Assembly (NCBI GenBank): GCA_000091205.1 | Contig: AP006501.2 | Origin: Cyanidioschyzon merolae | Lineage: Eukaryota | DNA: 64,000 nucleotides | Direction: 5' to 3' (one strand) | Shown here: in pieces, positions 43,205 to 55,048 of the stretch | Layout: each line of letters starts with the position of its first letter | Numbering within the stretch: the first letter of the stretch is position 1 | Translations under genes and position numbers: made by a program | The notes under the pieces: model-generated | Told to the model about the DNA's origin: nothing | Database searches by the model: none | What the model saw: the letters and a program-made list of their open reading frames with translations, nothing else

Positions 43205-45797
43205 TTTCATTGACAAAACGTCTCCAACTGACGTGCAGGCGCCTCCCAGTCTTTTCGGACCGGCCACCCACTACTGCTTCCAAATTCTTCTCATATAGTT
43301 CCACTTTGAGAGGTTGTCCAACAAAGTTCTCCCGTGTCAGCTCTGGAGGTCTATTCTCCAGCACAGGACATCTCCGTATATTGATAGCGGCGTTAAAGTC
43401 TCGATTCACAAACTCCATACGCTTCTTGCCGTCATTGGTTGTACTCACTAATGCAAGGAGTCCACGAACGTTCGCCCTCCTTTTCATTTGCTCCTCCGTC
43501 AGCGGTCCGTACTTTGCTATTTCCTCAGCGCTCCGCTGACACGTTTCCATCCCCACTCGCTGAAGTGTACATCCCAGTTCATGGTGTGTATACGATGTTC
43601 GAAACTCATCTATCGGTATCGTAACGAAACGCCGTGCACACTCCTTGTACGTTCTTGTCGTCGGAGCTGGCGTAGTTTTTTTTGGGTCTTCCAACACCCT
43701 GCCCTATACGCTACTGAGAGCCTCTGACTTTCATCCTCTATGAGGGCACTCAACTGATTGAAAAAGTTGGCAAACGCCCGCTGGTTACCACAATACAGAT
43801 TCATTCGCAAACGAGCCCATCTGGGCTTTGTATACTCCTCCGGCAGCGCATCCCAATGGGCAAAACGAACTTCCATGAATTTCCGGAAAGCTTCAAAGTC
43901 CGCTCCTCGGCTGGTCACCTCGCTCAAAGCTTCCAGGTGATCCTTCATTCCTGAATTCTACGTACAAATTTTCTTCCTCGCATTCATTATACCGGATTCT
44001 CGATTGTATCTCGCTCTCGAGAACCTCAAAAGGCGCATGTCTTTCTGACGTAAGTTGCCGTCAGTACCATCTTCCGCACGCTGCGGTGCTGCGATGGTGA
44101 TGATATTTGTGTTTCCGGGGTCAGCGCCAACGACAAAGTCGTTCTCATGCACTTTCTGCACCGCAGGACCCGCCTCCTTCTTTTCTTCATGCTTCGCCGC
44201 GTCAACCATAAAGTCGTTATTCTCCATCTCCTGCGCCGAAGGATCCGCCTTCTTCTCATCTTCATCCTTCGCCACGTCAACGACAAGGTCGTTATCCTCC
44301 ACCTCCTGCGTAGCAGGATGCTCCTCTTTGTTTTCTTCATCCTTCGTCACGTCAACGACAAACTCGGTATCCTCCACCTCCTGCATCACAGGATCCTCCT
44401 CTTTGTTTTCTTCATCCTTCGTGACGGGCGCGGCCGAGGGCGGGACTGGCCCATCTGTCTTCAACCGCCGGTGGTGTACACACATGGCTACCCCATCGAT
44501 TTCGATCAACCTAGTGAATACCTTTTGTTTTGCTCGAATTGAGAAGTTTGAAATCGAAGATATTCCCCCAGTACGTCTCACGGTTTTCACCGGGGAACTC
44601 TGTCTTCCTTACACCGAACTCCGGACTGATCTGCCTCATGATGCCGTGAAGGACTGCGGAGTCGATAGTCACAAAATGTGACTTGATGTTGCACAACGGA
44701 ACCACGTTGAAGCGCTTCCCCATTAGGGCAGCCCTCCGTCTCTACCACTCTTCATTTGTCTCTTCACTCAGCTTCATCTCTGCCTTGTGTTCGAGCTCTC
44801 GGTCGAGAAACACAAAATATCGCAGGAGGAGGCGATAGTATCTTTCCTTGTCTTTTTTTCAACTCTGATATCTTGTCTGTTGGATTCGCCAGCCCCAGTA
44901 CCGCACGATGCTCTTGTTTAGCCACACGGATTACAGAAGCTTCATTCGTGCTCTCGTTTGGCGCCTTCTTATCGACGAATTCGACCTCATCTTCATGCTT
45001 GCGATCGTCCGTGATGCCGTTGGTAATCGCCCGTACGCCTTTGCGATAGATGGCCCGGTACGGCGCACACACGGCGCGTATCATGAAACGTTCGAGGCTC
45101 ATCGTCAATTGGTTCTCCAGGTTCGTGAGGTACTTCATCGCCCCGTATGTGTAAATATTTCCGTCACCGCTGTATCGATTATCCTCGAAGCTGTAAAAGG
45201 GATGTTTTTCATGGAGGGCATCCACTAGCACATTTTCCTTCCGCGCTTCTGCTGTACCAAGCATCAGCTGTCGAATAAAGGTCTTGTCCAAGAAATCGTC
45301 CGGAATCTCGACCGTTTCAATATGCGCCACGTCTTCGTACATCTGCCTCGCCAAATGCATCACTCCTGACGACGCCTTGACAATGCTCTTGGAGTACTAG
45401 TCGACAAGTTTTTCGATAGCGTCTCGCAACTTTTCCGTGTACGGATTCTTGATATGTTTAAGAAGACCAGCTTTCACCACCATCTCGTCGTACAGTCGTC
45501 TTTCTTGCCGCCTTCGACGTAGGGCCTCCCGTTTTCGGTTCCTCTTCTCTTCTTTTTCTTCTGGACTCGGCACTGTTTTTTGTTTTTTTTCTAGCAGCCG
45601 GCGACCCTGGGCCTCCAGGATCGTGGACTTGCTTTTTCAAGACTTTCCTTTTCTAGTTTTTTTGGAAAAGAACGCTCCTTGAACCCTTCTGTTATACGCT
45701 ACGAAAAACACTTGACTAGACTTGTTTGAGGGTTGAAACACAAATGAACTGAAAACTTTATTTTTGTTCGAATCCTACGCGAATACAACTTTTACAG
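43205..45797 (-). mobile_element. Copy B of the Fanzor-like RuvC nuclease element, ~2.6 kb, frameshifted
   Basis: ORFs 45458-45640, 44764-45363, 44511-44723, 43958-44590, 43610-43948 and 43008-43697 on the minus strand. Ruv[20 protein letters not shown] (Asp ~44121). RuvC-III EFVNRDFNAAINIRRC (Asp ~43399). 5' terminus gttgtattcg shared with A. Confidence 0.8.
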
Positions 45798-46585
45798 CTG
45801 AACATCACGCTAGAGATCAGGATCGCGTTTTCCTTCAACGGCGGCATGCGCATCCTGTCTCATGCTTGCCTGATCTCCCAGGAACGCTCATTTAGCGCAC
45901 TGCGTGCACCGCGCGAGACGCCTCACCGATCGATGAAGGACACGTGTCCGACACCCCGCCTTGGCACATGCGTGTTCGCATCGCGCTGGAGCGAAAATCA
46001 AGTGTCCTAGATCGTGAACTCACGTAGAACGATCTCTTGCTGTAGGCTCTGTCGCTGGTGCCGACGCTACTGCCCATCGCAGTACCGTCCTGACATACAA
46101 GGGGATGCAGGGGCCTGGTACGATACCCGTCGACGCGTCTATCAAACGCGTAGCGTTCTCTGCGGCTTACGCTTGTGCGGATGAGATATGCATCACTCTA
46201 CTCATTAGAAATTTCGTTACATTTATTGATCGTAAACAAACAAGGTACGGTAGTGTTCCCCAACACGGATACAAGTTTATTTCATTTGCTTGTTATACAT
46301 GCCGCACGGACGCTGGAATAAGGAACTAACCTGAATTTTGCTTCCACCCGGCGTCACGGGCTGGAACTGATGGCGCTTCAAGTCATTTCCATGCTGCTGT
46401 CGTTGTTCAACTTATGGTGCCTGCATCGTCCTCCGGATCCGGTGATCTTGGCCGAGGCATACCACACATATAGCGTCCAGATCTGCCACGACGTTTGAAC
46501 ATTGCATCTCGCCTGGCATGATCGACACGCTTGAGAAAAGCGCATACTGTATTCTGGTCTACTCTATCAGATTATATACAATTGC

Positions 46586-47200
46586 CTAACCCGTACATCG
46601 ACGACCGCAGACCAACAACAAACGCCTTCCAAAAGAAAAACGTTTTCGCCAGCCGTGTACAGTAGTGGCGCTCTGCGCGCCCCAGACGAAACGTCTCAAT
46701 CTACCAGTCCGCAGACGCCTCTCAGGCTTTGTTGAACGGCCGACTGGTATCGATCTCAGCTTCTCCTTGTACAATTCGAGACTGGGAGGCTGTCCCACAC
46801 CAAAGTTGACATGCCACAGCGCCACGGATCTCGTCTTCAGAACCGCACATCCCCTGATATTGCTAGCAGTGTTAAAGTCTCGGTTAACAAACACCATGCG
46901 TTTATTGCCTCTTCTTGAACTTGTCCATGCAAGGAGTCGTCGAAGTCATGCCCTCACTGCCATTTAGTGCTCTATCAGCTCTCCGTGCTTTTCTGTCGCC
47001 GAAGCGCCCCGCTGGCTCTTCTCTATCTCATTCTTCTGAAGTGTACACCCGGGCTCATCCCTTGATTTTTCAAAATGAAGAAACTTGTTTATATCTTTAA
47101 GTTGGAACCCTCCCGGAGGGATAAGCACTTGCGGGGAAAACATGACATGAGCCCCGTAATGTCACCGTGTGCTGAACGTTTCAGCGATTCGCCCCGCAGA
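46586..47200 (-). mobile_element. Copy G: Fanzor-like 3' fragment plus the extension shared with E
   Basis: MVFVNRDFNTASNIRGCAVL...LELYKEKLRSIPVGRSTKPERRL; upstream gtcaccgtgtgctgaacgtttcagcgattcgccc. Confidence 0.6.
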
Positions 47201-48009
47201 CAAAGGACTGCTTTGCGGTACCTCTACAGACGTTGAATGCACGAGTGCGTGCATGCTTTGCATCGCCCCACGTCGCCCTAGAACCAGACCCCAGTTCAAG
47301 GCTCCCGACAGCGGCAGCGAACGGAACACTAGCCTGCTCAATCCTTGAACAGTTCGCATGCTTTGTTCTGCAAATGTTCAGGTTGAATCGCACGCGAGAA
47401 AAGCAGACCTCATTGGGTCCCAGGGTAGCCTGTGGTTGTCACCGATTTTGCAGATGATCGGACTGATCACGCACGAAGCGCAGCGGCACGGTGCGCATCA
47501 TGATCCATGGTGCGATACACCTCGCCATCATGTCGTCGGTCCGCATCGAACGACTCTGAACGAGTCTAGATGCTTGCTAGCGTTTCTTGCGTACAGCTGC
47601 CGACAGGACGAGTCATCGTGTTTCCCGCGCGTGCATGGCTAGACCTGCGTAGCGGTGCCTCTATCAAAGATGGTATCAGAACGGCGTAAGAGCGCACGAT
47701 TGTTCTCAGGCGCTAGACCGGAGTCCAAGTACGATGCGTTGCTGCGGCCTTCAGACATGTGCAGTCCTGAACCGTCATCGTAACGTCTACGAAAGCATCT
47801 CAAACGACCGAATCATGTTTGGTAGTCCATGCTTTGGCATCGCCTTCGACAATATGCTTCGTTTCTAGGTTCTAGGTACGCGCTGCATTACGCACAGCTG
47901 CATCCGCTTCTGCTGCGAAAACATGCAGTGCCGTGAACGCGTCGCGGTGCACCGCAACCTGCGTCCCGTGCCTCATCCAACAGATCCTGTGTTTCCTCGT
48001 GCTCATCAC

Positions 48010-48897
48010 TCAGACACAGAGTTGCGCTCGAGCGCGCCTGATCCATGCGTTTGGATCGAAGCCAGCCGCTTTTCGAGCAGTCTCGTTTCGTACGAGCGGA
48101 TCTGGATATCGTTCTTCGGGACTCTGAGCGATGTCAAGCGCTCGTGCACTGGGCATGTCGACCACGATTCTTTTCCCGTCGGTTGGAGAACGCTGGTCAA
48201 GCGCAGACCCGCCTCTGCTCCCTTGTGCCGGATGCACGTTGACGCGGACCTTGTCGTCAGCGCCCAGCTGTGGAGGACGCTGTGCCCCGGGCGCCTTAGA
48301 AAGCGCCGACTGCTGCGCTCGCGTTCCGCCCCTGCCGGTGTCGTTTCGGAGCGCTGCCTGCAGCCGACGTGTTCGTTCGTGCTCTTCGGCTAGGCGCCTT
48401 TGTCGCTCTTCCTCCTCGTCTTCCCGAGCTAGTGCTGCTAGACGAGTCTGCCGTGCTCGCTCATCGGCTGCTAGCTGGGCTGCTTCGGCCTGCTCTCGCT
48501 CCTGCCATTTCAGTTGGTTCCGGCGGATCAGTGCTGCGTTCTCCTTGCGGTAAGCGGCGATTCTTTCATTCGTCCGCTCGACATCGATACCGTGCACAAG
48601 ATTGAAGATGAGCTCTTCGACCATTTCCAGATAGTCCTCGTATTCTTGATCGCTAGTAAAGTCGTCCCGCAACTTGTTGAAATCGCGCAGAATGCGCCGG
48701 CGGATCGACTTTTCGCGTTCCAGTTCCTCTTCCAGACGAGACACCCAGTCTGAGGTCTGCTCCGAGCCGCCGACCGAACGCTCCATTTCGCCGCTGTTCA
48801 CGCAACCCGAACGGACTTTTCTCGTTCCACTGCTTGTTTCAGACGGGAATCCCAGCCCGAAGCCTGAACTGAGCCTGCGGCGCGGCACTTCATACAA
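48010..48897 (-). CDS. MAT1: CDK-activating kinase assembly factor MAT1 (MAT1 domain); the N-terminal RING is not found in-frame
   Basis: EKSIRRRILRDFNKLRDDFTSDQEYEDYLEMVEELIFNLVHGIDVERTNERIAAYRKEN matches the MNAT1 central domain. Confidence 0.7.
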   Translation of the reverse strand: MYEVPRRRLSSGFGLGFPSETSSGTRKVRSGCVNSGEMERSVGGSEQTSDWVSRLEEELEREKSIRRRILRDFNKLRDDFTSDQEYEDYLEMVEELIFNLVHGIDVERTNERIAAYRKENAALIRRNQLKWQEREQAEAAQLAADERARQTRLAALAREDEEEERQRRLAEEHERTRRLQAALRNDTGRGGTRAQQSALSKAPGAQRPPQLGADDKVRVNVHPAQGSRGGSALDQRSPTDGKRIVVDMPSARALDIAQSPEERYPDPLVRNETARKAAGFDPNAWIRRARAQLCV

Positions 48898-49364
48898 CCG
48901 TCGTTCAGGTAACTGTGTTCGATGGATACCAGCGGTGGGTACGTGCGTACATCGAGGCGTTCGCGTTCCTCACGACGGTGTCCTTGGTGCCTGCATTGTT
49001 CGCCACGCTCGTGTCGGCATAGAATGCAACGGATCCGGGAACTCGGGCGCACAGTCTCAAGGATTCAGTGCATTCCATGATGATCAACACCAGCATTTGC
49101 CGGTTTGTTCTGTGACTGTTTCCGTTTCCCCCGCGCTTTTCTCAGGCTTGGAAAATACGCAGGACCTGCCTGTCCCGCCAGCTCCATTTTCCGTATACGA
49201 AGGATGTTCATTGCTGCATGAAACCCGCGACTTCTCGGCATCTGGATGTTGTCGACGCATTTCATGCACAGGCGTAAGTTGCGGTCTTCATACCGTTTGT
49301 CATTTCCATTTTCTTTGTATGCAGCCTCGGTACGCGCTTCGCAGCTGCGACTCTTGGCTGTGTA

Positions 49365-49913
49365 ATGGTGTTCCCGTGTGCGCACCATGACTTGCGGTCC
49401 AGGCGCCGTTCCATGAAACGTGAGCGCCTGCTTCATCGCTCGTTACATAAAGTAGACGGGCACAGGAGGCTTTATTCCATGCCTTGCTATGGTTTCGCTT
49501 CCGGTGCCATGCCCTATGATCACGGGCTTTCTTCAGGTGAAGTCTTCGACGAGTTCTCTGTCCGCTGCGTGCGCGAGCACACGCTGTTCCCTTCAAGAGA
49601 AGATTCGGAGCACGCGATATTGTCCATGATGGAACAAGTATTGAAAGAAAAGCCCAGTCTCGAGATGCGCTCGAGATATTTCCATCCCTCCACGTTCGCT
49701 TCGTGCAAAGCGGTAGCGCACGCTCTATTGGAGGCGATCGCTCCAATGAGTGCAGAGCGGGTCCAGGTACATTGCCCATCCAGGCAGAAAAGAGGGGAGC
49801 CTCTCGGGAGCATAACGCCCGAGCGGTACCGTGATGCTGATGAATTCAATTTTTTATATATTTATATAGAGAGGATGGCATGTGTTTCGAACGAAATCGA
49901 ATATTTGACGTGA
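49365..49913 (+). CDS. Hypothetical protein
   Basis: 182-aa ORF (GTG/ATG start uncertain); no recognisable domain. Confidence 0.25.
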   Translation: MVFPCAHHDLRSRRRSMKRERLLHRSLHKVDGHRRLYSMPCYGFASGAMPYDHGLSSGEVFDEFSVRCVREHTLFPSREDSEHAILSMMEQVLKEKPSLEMRSRYFHPSTFASCKAVAHALLEAIAPMSAERVQVHCPSRQKRGEPLGSITPERYRDADEFNFLYIYIERMACVSNEIEYLT

Positions 49914-50434
49914 GACGTTCAGTAAACTCGCGGTACGAGCTTGTGGAAACGCCTCCAAAGAACAACGTTGACTCTATTTTCCTTCTTCCATCCAGCGATG
50001 CGGATTGCAGCGCACGCGAGTTGCCATGAAAAGCAGAGAACAAAAACCAGAAGTGCGCGTAACTCGATCTTGTTACGATTAAGGAAAAGAGAACGGAGGA
50101 AGCGTGCGCGTATGCATCGGATAATGATATCCTTCATTTTACAAACTATTGCGTCGAGAAACATCTTGATTCCGGTGACGTAACGAATACCAGCAGCATC
50201 AAGTCATATGAATCACCCCGAAAACAAAACCGAGAGTTCGGAAGCGACAGATGAGTCACCAAACCCATATTGCCATTCTTCGAATATCGAAGTTGCACAT
50301 CAAAAGAGAAACGTTCGGAAAAATCGCAAGCCAGGAACGGAGCGCGCAACCCCGAGTTCCATAGTAAAGTGGTAGGTGTGGAGGTCGCTGGCAACCGTTG
50401 TCCGCTGCTTGCCACGCTAAGCACTCGCTGATCC

Positions 50435-51211
50435 ATGCGGAGTGAGTGGCCCTTCGACTATGCGTCGGAGGCTGACGCCATGCTCCACCGGATAACGCCG
50501 GAGAACTTTGAGAAACTGGTGCGGTTTGCTGCCCGTTTGTTGCGTGTGGGCGAGATCATCGCCTTGCCGACCGACACGGTTTACGGGTTGGCTGCAGCGG
50601 CTCGCAACTCGCACGGCATTGAGCTGTTGTACCAGACGAAGCAGCGAGACTTGCGAAAGCCGCTAGCAATTGCAGTTCCTTCGGTAGAGGACGTTTCGGT
50701 ATACCTGCACACGGAACACTTGCCTCCGGGACTGCTCGAGGCGATCTTGCCGGGGCCACTGACGCTGCTTCTGCGCCAGCGAGAGGACTACGTGGGCATA
50801 GACCTTCAAGACGTGCGTATCGACCAATACAGGGGCTGGGAACGAGCCAAGCGGCTGGCGCCGAACCTAAACCTCAGGCGGGACGGTCTACTGGGGGTGC
50901 GCGTCCCGGACGCTTCCTTCGCCTGCGCGGTTTCCCGCGAACTCGGTGACCCGCTGGCGTTGACGTCTGCGAATGTCAGCGGTCGTGGAGACTGCGGCAG
51001 TGTTGATGAGTTTCGTGCGCTCTGGAGTGCATGCGCTGCAGTATTCGACGGAGGCGCTATGCCGAAACCCGTTATGCCGAGCACCGTCGTGGACCTGAGC
51101 GTACCCGGCACATTTCGCATCACACGTGCAGGCTGGATGGCGACAGACCTCGTTCGTATTCTGGAAAATAAATTCGGGCTCACGAACAAGAGCGCGAATA
51201 CGAGCAACTAG
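50435..51211 (+). CDS. YRDC: YrdC/Sua5-family threonylcarbamoyl-AMP synthase
   Basis: ALPTDTVYGLAAAARNSHGIELLYQTKQRDLRKPLAIAV, PGPLTLLL and TSANVSG. Confidence 0.85.
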   Translation: MRSEWPFDYASEADAMLHRITPENFEKLVRFAARLLRVGEIIALPTDTVYGLAAAARNSHGIELLYQTKQRDLRKPLAIAVPSVEDVSVYLHTEHLPPGLLEAILPGPLTLLLRQREDYVGIDLQDVRIDQYRGWERAKRLAPNLNLRRDGLLGVRVPDASFACAVSRELGDPLALTSANVSGRGDCGSVDEFRALWSACAAVFDGGAMPKPVMPSTVVDLSVPGTFRITRAGWMATDLVRILENKFGLTNKSANTSN

Positions 51212-51730
51212 GAGACAAGCTGCACAACTATCGATATCTGTGCTAGAGACAAGACCTCGGGCCTGGCCCAGCGCTGGTATCTGGCACCGAGGGTGGTGCC
51301 AGTGGCGCCCGCCCTATCCATGTGCTTCATGCATCGTGCATGGATCTAACACAGCAAGACATTGTGAGAGCGTAAGGCTTTGTCTTCTGGTCGATTCATC
51401 GTGGACGACGAGCGCCAATCGTCGAAATACCTACTTGGCCGTAGCGCCTCAACGACACACATGGCTGCGGAGCAAAGCACGCACCCCCAGTGCACTGTTC
51501 TCTGCAGGTGCTCTTGTCCACGGCATCGACGCCAAGAACAGCGCTCGCCAAGGCGCCTTGTGTACCTTTAGGGCCGACATCCCGACCAGATATAGAAACT
51601 TCCTATCTGGACGGGTGGGCACGTTCGAATCTCCTGTGCTGCAGTGGTCGCCTCCAGCCTCGGCGCTCCAGCGTACGAGCGGTCGCTGCCCAGCAACGCA
51701 CCGAGGCTCATCGTTGACCACATCGTGCTC

Positions 51731-52987
51731 CTAGCGATGTTCGCCGAGCGCGTGCCTCAGGAGGGGCGCACTCCAACCTAACAGCGCTGCATTCTGTAGA
51801 TGCGTATCGGCAATCATTTGAAAGAGTTCCCGGGTGCCGTGGCGTGACCTTTGGAGCCACAGCTCCAGATCCCCACGCATTTCATCGCCCGAGCGATCAT
51901 ACGCGGGCAACGCTCGCATAAGACAGGCATCCTCGAGCTGTGATTGCGTAAGAGTCTGCAGCCCGTCCCGCTGGAGCGCATCATCAAGGCACGCGAGTTC
52001 CGTAAAATGTCGTGCAAGCCGCTTCCGCAGCGAACGTGAGAACGATATCGGGAACGCGGGTTGTGCGAACAGCCTGCAGAGGGCGATCAACTCTGGTCGG
52101 CTGCACGAGCGCAGAGCACCGTCCAGCGTCTCCGCAGCGATGCTTTCAACACACGGAAAGGTTCCTAGGGCGTTCGCACTCACTTCTGGGTCGGTACGGG
52201 TAGCGAGCGCACGCCACAGCACCAGATGGGCCTCAATGTAGCGGATCCCTTGCATCCGCAATTGCATCTGGCGGTCCTCTTCGGTGGTGAATGTTGTCGG
52301 TTTAAAGCCCGGTATCGCTTCGGCTAGGACGGGGATCAATGCCGTCGAGATGAGGCTCACGGAGAGCAGCAGGAACGCTCGCAAGCGATCGTGACGGGTC
52401 TGAATGAGGAGCAAATGCTCCGGATAGGAGAGCGCCTCGTGGCCTCCTTTCGATAAACGCTTCTCCAGTTGTCCCGCCTGCTTCATATTCCGATACAGTT
52501 GTAGAGATCCGCGAGTGTAGGTGCGTGCACCTTCTCGAAATGTCTCCCATGCTCGTTGGAGGCGACGCCACCACGGTGCTGCGCTATCGCGTCCCGCGGG
52601 AGTTTGCTGACTCGGCTCTGTAGCCACTGCCTGACTCTTTTTGGCATCTCCCTCTCTGCCGCTTGCTTCACTGAGAAGTACCCGACCAGAAAACTGCCTT
52701 TCGGTCCGAACAGGACAGAACAGGCGAGGGTTCCGCAAGGACCAGCGTCCGCTGTATACCAGAGCGAGCGGCCTCCGCTGAACAAGTTCGGCACCGCGTC
52801 GAGAGCCACAACCCTCGAAACTGCCCACAACGAGCCCCAGCGCCCACTGATGGACGAACTGCCGTCGCAGCCTTGCCGTCATAGACGAAAAGCGCAAACC
52901 CTGGACAACGAGTCGGGGAACGTCAGGGAGACAATCGCTGGGAGCTCGTTTACCGCTGTGGCGGCGAGTCGCTGAGCGCTTCTGCAA
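51731..52987 (-). CDS. LETM1-domain protein (mitochondrial inner-membrane, ribosome-binding domain)
   Basis: LSYPEHLLLIQTRHDRLRAFLLLSVSLISTALIPVLAEAIPGFKPTTF matches the LETM1 RBD consensus. Confidence 0.6.
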   Translation of the reverse strand: MQKRSATRRHSGKRAPSDCLPDVPRLVVQGLRFSSMTARLRRQFVHQWALGLVVGSFEGCGSRRGAELVQRRPLALVYSGRWSLRNPRLFCPVRTERQFSGRVLLSEASGREGDAKKSQAVATEPSQQTPAGRDSAAPWWRRLQRAWETFREGARTYTRGSLQLYRNMKQAGQLEKRLSKGGHEALSYPEHLLLIQTRHDRLRAFLLLSVSLISTALIPVLAEAIPGFKPTTFTTEEDRQMQLRMQGIRYIEAHLVLWRALATRTDPEVSANALGTFPCVESIAAETLDGALRSCSRPELIALCRLFAQPAFPISFSRSLRKRLARHFTELACLDDALQRDGLQTLTQSQLEDACLMRALPAYDRSGDEMRGDLELWLQRSRHGTRELFQMIADTHLQNAALLGWSAPLLRHALGEHR

Positions 52988-53119
52988 CGCGGCAGCACTG
53001 CTTCGCGTTCAGGCGTCACTGCCAGAAATCGCGGACGCGCTTTCAGGTCGACACCTGTTTGTTTGCCAGAGACTGTCAGGAAGTGAAACCATTTCGGGAC
53101 GCAAACCTGCTATCCGTCG

Positions 53120-55048
53120 ATGCCGAGACGCAGTCGAACCGCAGCGTTCACTGTCGCTGGCTCCGTGGGGCGTCGCGTGAACGCCCTGCCAACGCGAAAA
53201 CGTCGTCGACGAACTGCACCAGCGACTGCACCCGAAGCGAGTTCCCGAGCGTTGTTGGTACCCGTGCGACACCTGTCACTATGTGGCTGCGTAAAGCACC
53301 CGGACTTCAACCTCGCTAACCTGGAGCAGCGCCTTCGATATCGGTTTTCCCGGTATCCGGAGCTTGCGAAACTAGCTTTCTCGCACCCGGCGAGTTCTAA
53401 CGGTGACGGACACCAACGCCTGCTGAATAACGAGCGCTTAGAGTTTCTGGGCGACGCAATCTTGAGCGCTGTTGTCGCCGATAGTCTTTACCGACAGTTG
53501 CCAGAGGCCCGAGAAGGCGAGCTCTCCGTCATCCGAGCCGCCGTGGTCTCCCGCGACGCCTGTGCCAAGTACTTTGCCAGACTGGGCCTCGAGGAGTTTC
53601 TCGAATTCGGCCCGGTTCCACCTCCAGTGTACGAACGCCTTTCACGAACCCAGAATATTCGAGCAAATGCTTTCGAGGCGATCCTAGGGGCGATTTATAT
53701 CGACGGCGGTTACGAGGCTGCACTGGAGTTCTTTTTGATGCACTTTGCAGAGGATCTCATTCATAAACAGATCCACCCTGTGCCAAACTATAAAAGCGTG
53801 TTGCAGGAATGGGCGAGTCAGCAAAAGGAAGTTGTCACGGAACTACCTTCGTACGAGATTTTGAAGAAGAGCGGTGCAGCGCACAGTCCGCATTTCGATG
53901 TTCGCGTTTGCATGCGCGTACGCGGCGCTCCGGAGCCCATTGAGTGCCACGGGAGCGGACGCAGCAGGAAACAAGCGGAACAAGTCGCTGCTAAAGCGCT
54001 GCTTCAATTGATGGGTGTCCCGATAGACAGAAACGAACCCAGGGACAGTCAACATGAAGCTCCGTCAGCGCTCGTCGAAGCAACAGCGCCTCTGCTCGGG
54101 TCTGCGGCTGGCACCATGCATCCATCGCGCTTGTCGCACAGCAATGGTCAGCAGACGTCCAGCGCTCGAGAACAACGCGTGCTCTGGGACGGTCGTCAGC
54201 GTCGCCAGTCGATCGACGACGTTCGTCGGTCCACGGATTTAGAGATGGTCATTCCAGCGGCGTACGGAGGAGCGGCAGCCTCCTTGGCCACGGTATGTCA
54301 ATGGATTGCTGATGCGTATACGGTGCCGGTGGCAATGGCGTGTTTGTCTCACTTTGCGCTCACGGGAAGCATTGCCGCCAACCAGACCTGGATGCAACAC
54401 CCACTCATTCCGCAGCTCTTCTGGGCTGTCGTGCTGGATCGGAGTCTGCTGACGCTGGCAGACGATGCACCGGTGGAGACGGTACAAGAGATGCTGCCTT
54501 CGGGGCAACGCATGATACGAGTCTACAGTTCGTCGGACGCTGGGGATGGTGCACTTCAGCTGGACCCGCTTGCACCGGGAGCAGAATCGGCGAACTTTTT
54601 CGTTGCTCGTCGCCTGGTGGTGCCGCGCTCGGAGAAGACCTTGTCCATGGGAATGTTTGTTCGATTTCAGGGGTGTCTCGTTCCGCAGCGGAACGATTTC
54701 GAAACGGATTTTATTAGCGATGACATCACGCAGGCTTGGCTAACGGCGCTCGTAGCGACTGTGGCGCTCATGTTCGTCAACGAGTCGTCGTCGGCATCGG
54801 AGACGGCGGAGCGCACGGAGCCGACGGTACCGCATTCGCACTGGACGGGCACGTTCGTACGAGAAGCAGTGCAGGAATGGAGCGATGCGCCTGGGCAGCG
54901 CGCTTTGGCGCGATTACGGCTGGCGTGCTCGCGCATCCTTCAAGAGCTGAGCGGATACGGGTTGTTGCGCTGGAATCGTCGGAACACGGTTCTCTCGTTG
55001 CATGCATCATTGTTGTTGCAATTTGCGAGGACCTGGTTATTGATTTGA
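53120..55048 (+). CDS. RNase III family protein (RNase III domain plus dsRBD) with long N- and C-terminal extensions
   Basis: ERLEFLGDAILSAVVADSLY (RNase III signature) ... NYKSVLQEWASQQKEVVTELPSYEILKKSGAAHSPHFDVRV...GSGRSRKQAEQVAAKALLQ (dsRBD). Confidence 0.8.
   Translation: MPRRSRTAAFTVAGSVGRRVNALPTRKRRRRTAPATAPEASSRALLVPVRHLSLCGCVKHPDFNLANLEQRLRYRFSRYPELAKLAFSHPASSNGDGHQRLLNNERLEFLGDAILSAVVADSLYRQLPEAREGELSVIRAAVVSRDACAKYFARLGLEEFLEFGPVPPPVYERLSRTQNIRANAFEAILGAIYIDGGYEAALEFFLMHFAEDLIHKQIHPVPNYKSVLQEWASQQKEVVTELPSYEILKKSGAAHSPHFDVRVCMRVRGAPEPIECHGSGRSRKQAEQVAAKALLQLMGVPIDRNEPRDSQHEAPSALVEATAPLLGSAAGTMHPSRLSHSNGQQTSSAREQRVLWDGRQRRQSIDDVRRSTDLEMVIPAAYGGAAASLATVCQWIADAYTVPVAMACLSHFALTGSIAANQTWMQHPLIPQLFWAVVLDRSLLTLADDAPVETVQEMLPSGQRMIRVYSSSDAGDGALQLDPLAPGAESANFFVARRLVVPRSEKTLSMGMFVRFQGCLVPQRNDFETDFISDDITQAWLTALVATVALMFVNESSSASETAERTEPTVPHSHWTGTFVREAVQEWSDAPGQRALARLRLACSRILQELSGYGLLRWNRRNTVLSLHASLLLQFARTWLLI

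Noticed and set aside
45760-45780. tRNA T-arm-like gttcgaatcc
   Set aside because: It is part of the shared 5' terminus of copy B (the reverse complement of ggattcgaac). No acceptor or anticodon stems can be drawn around it.
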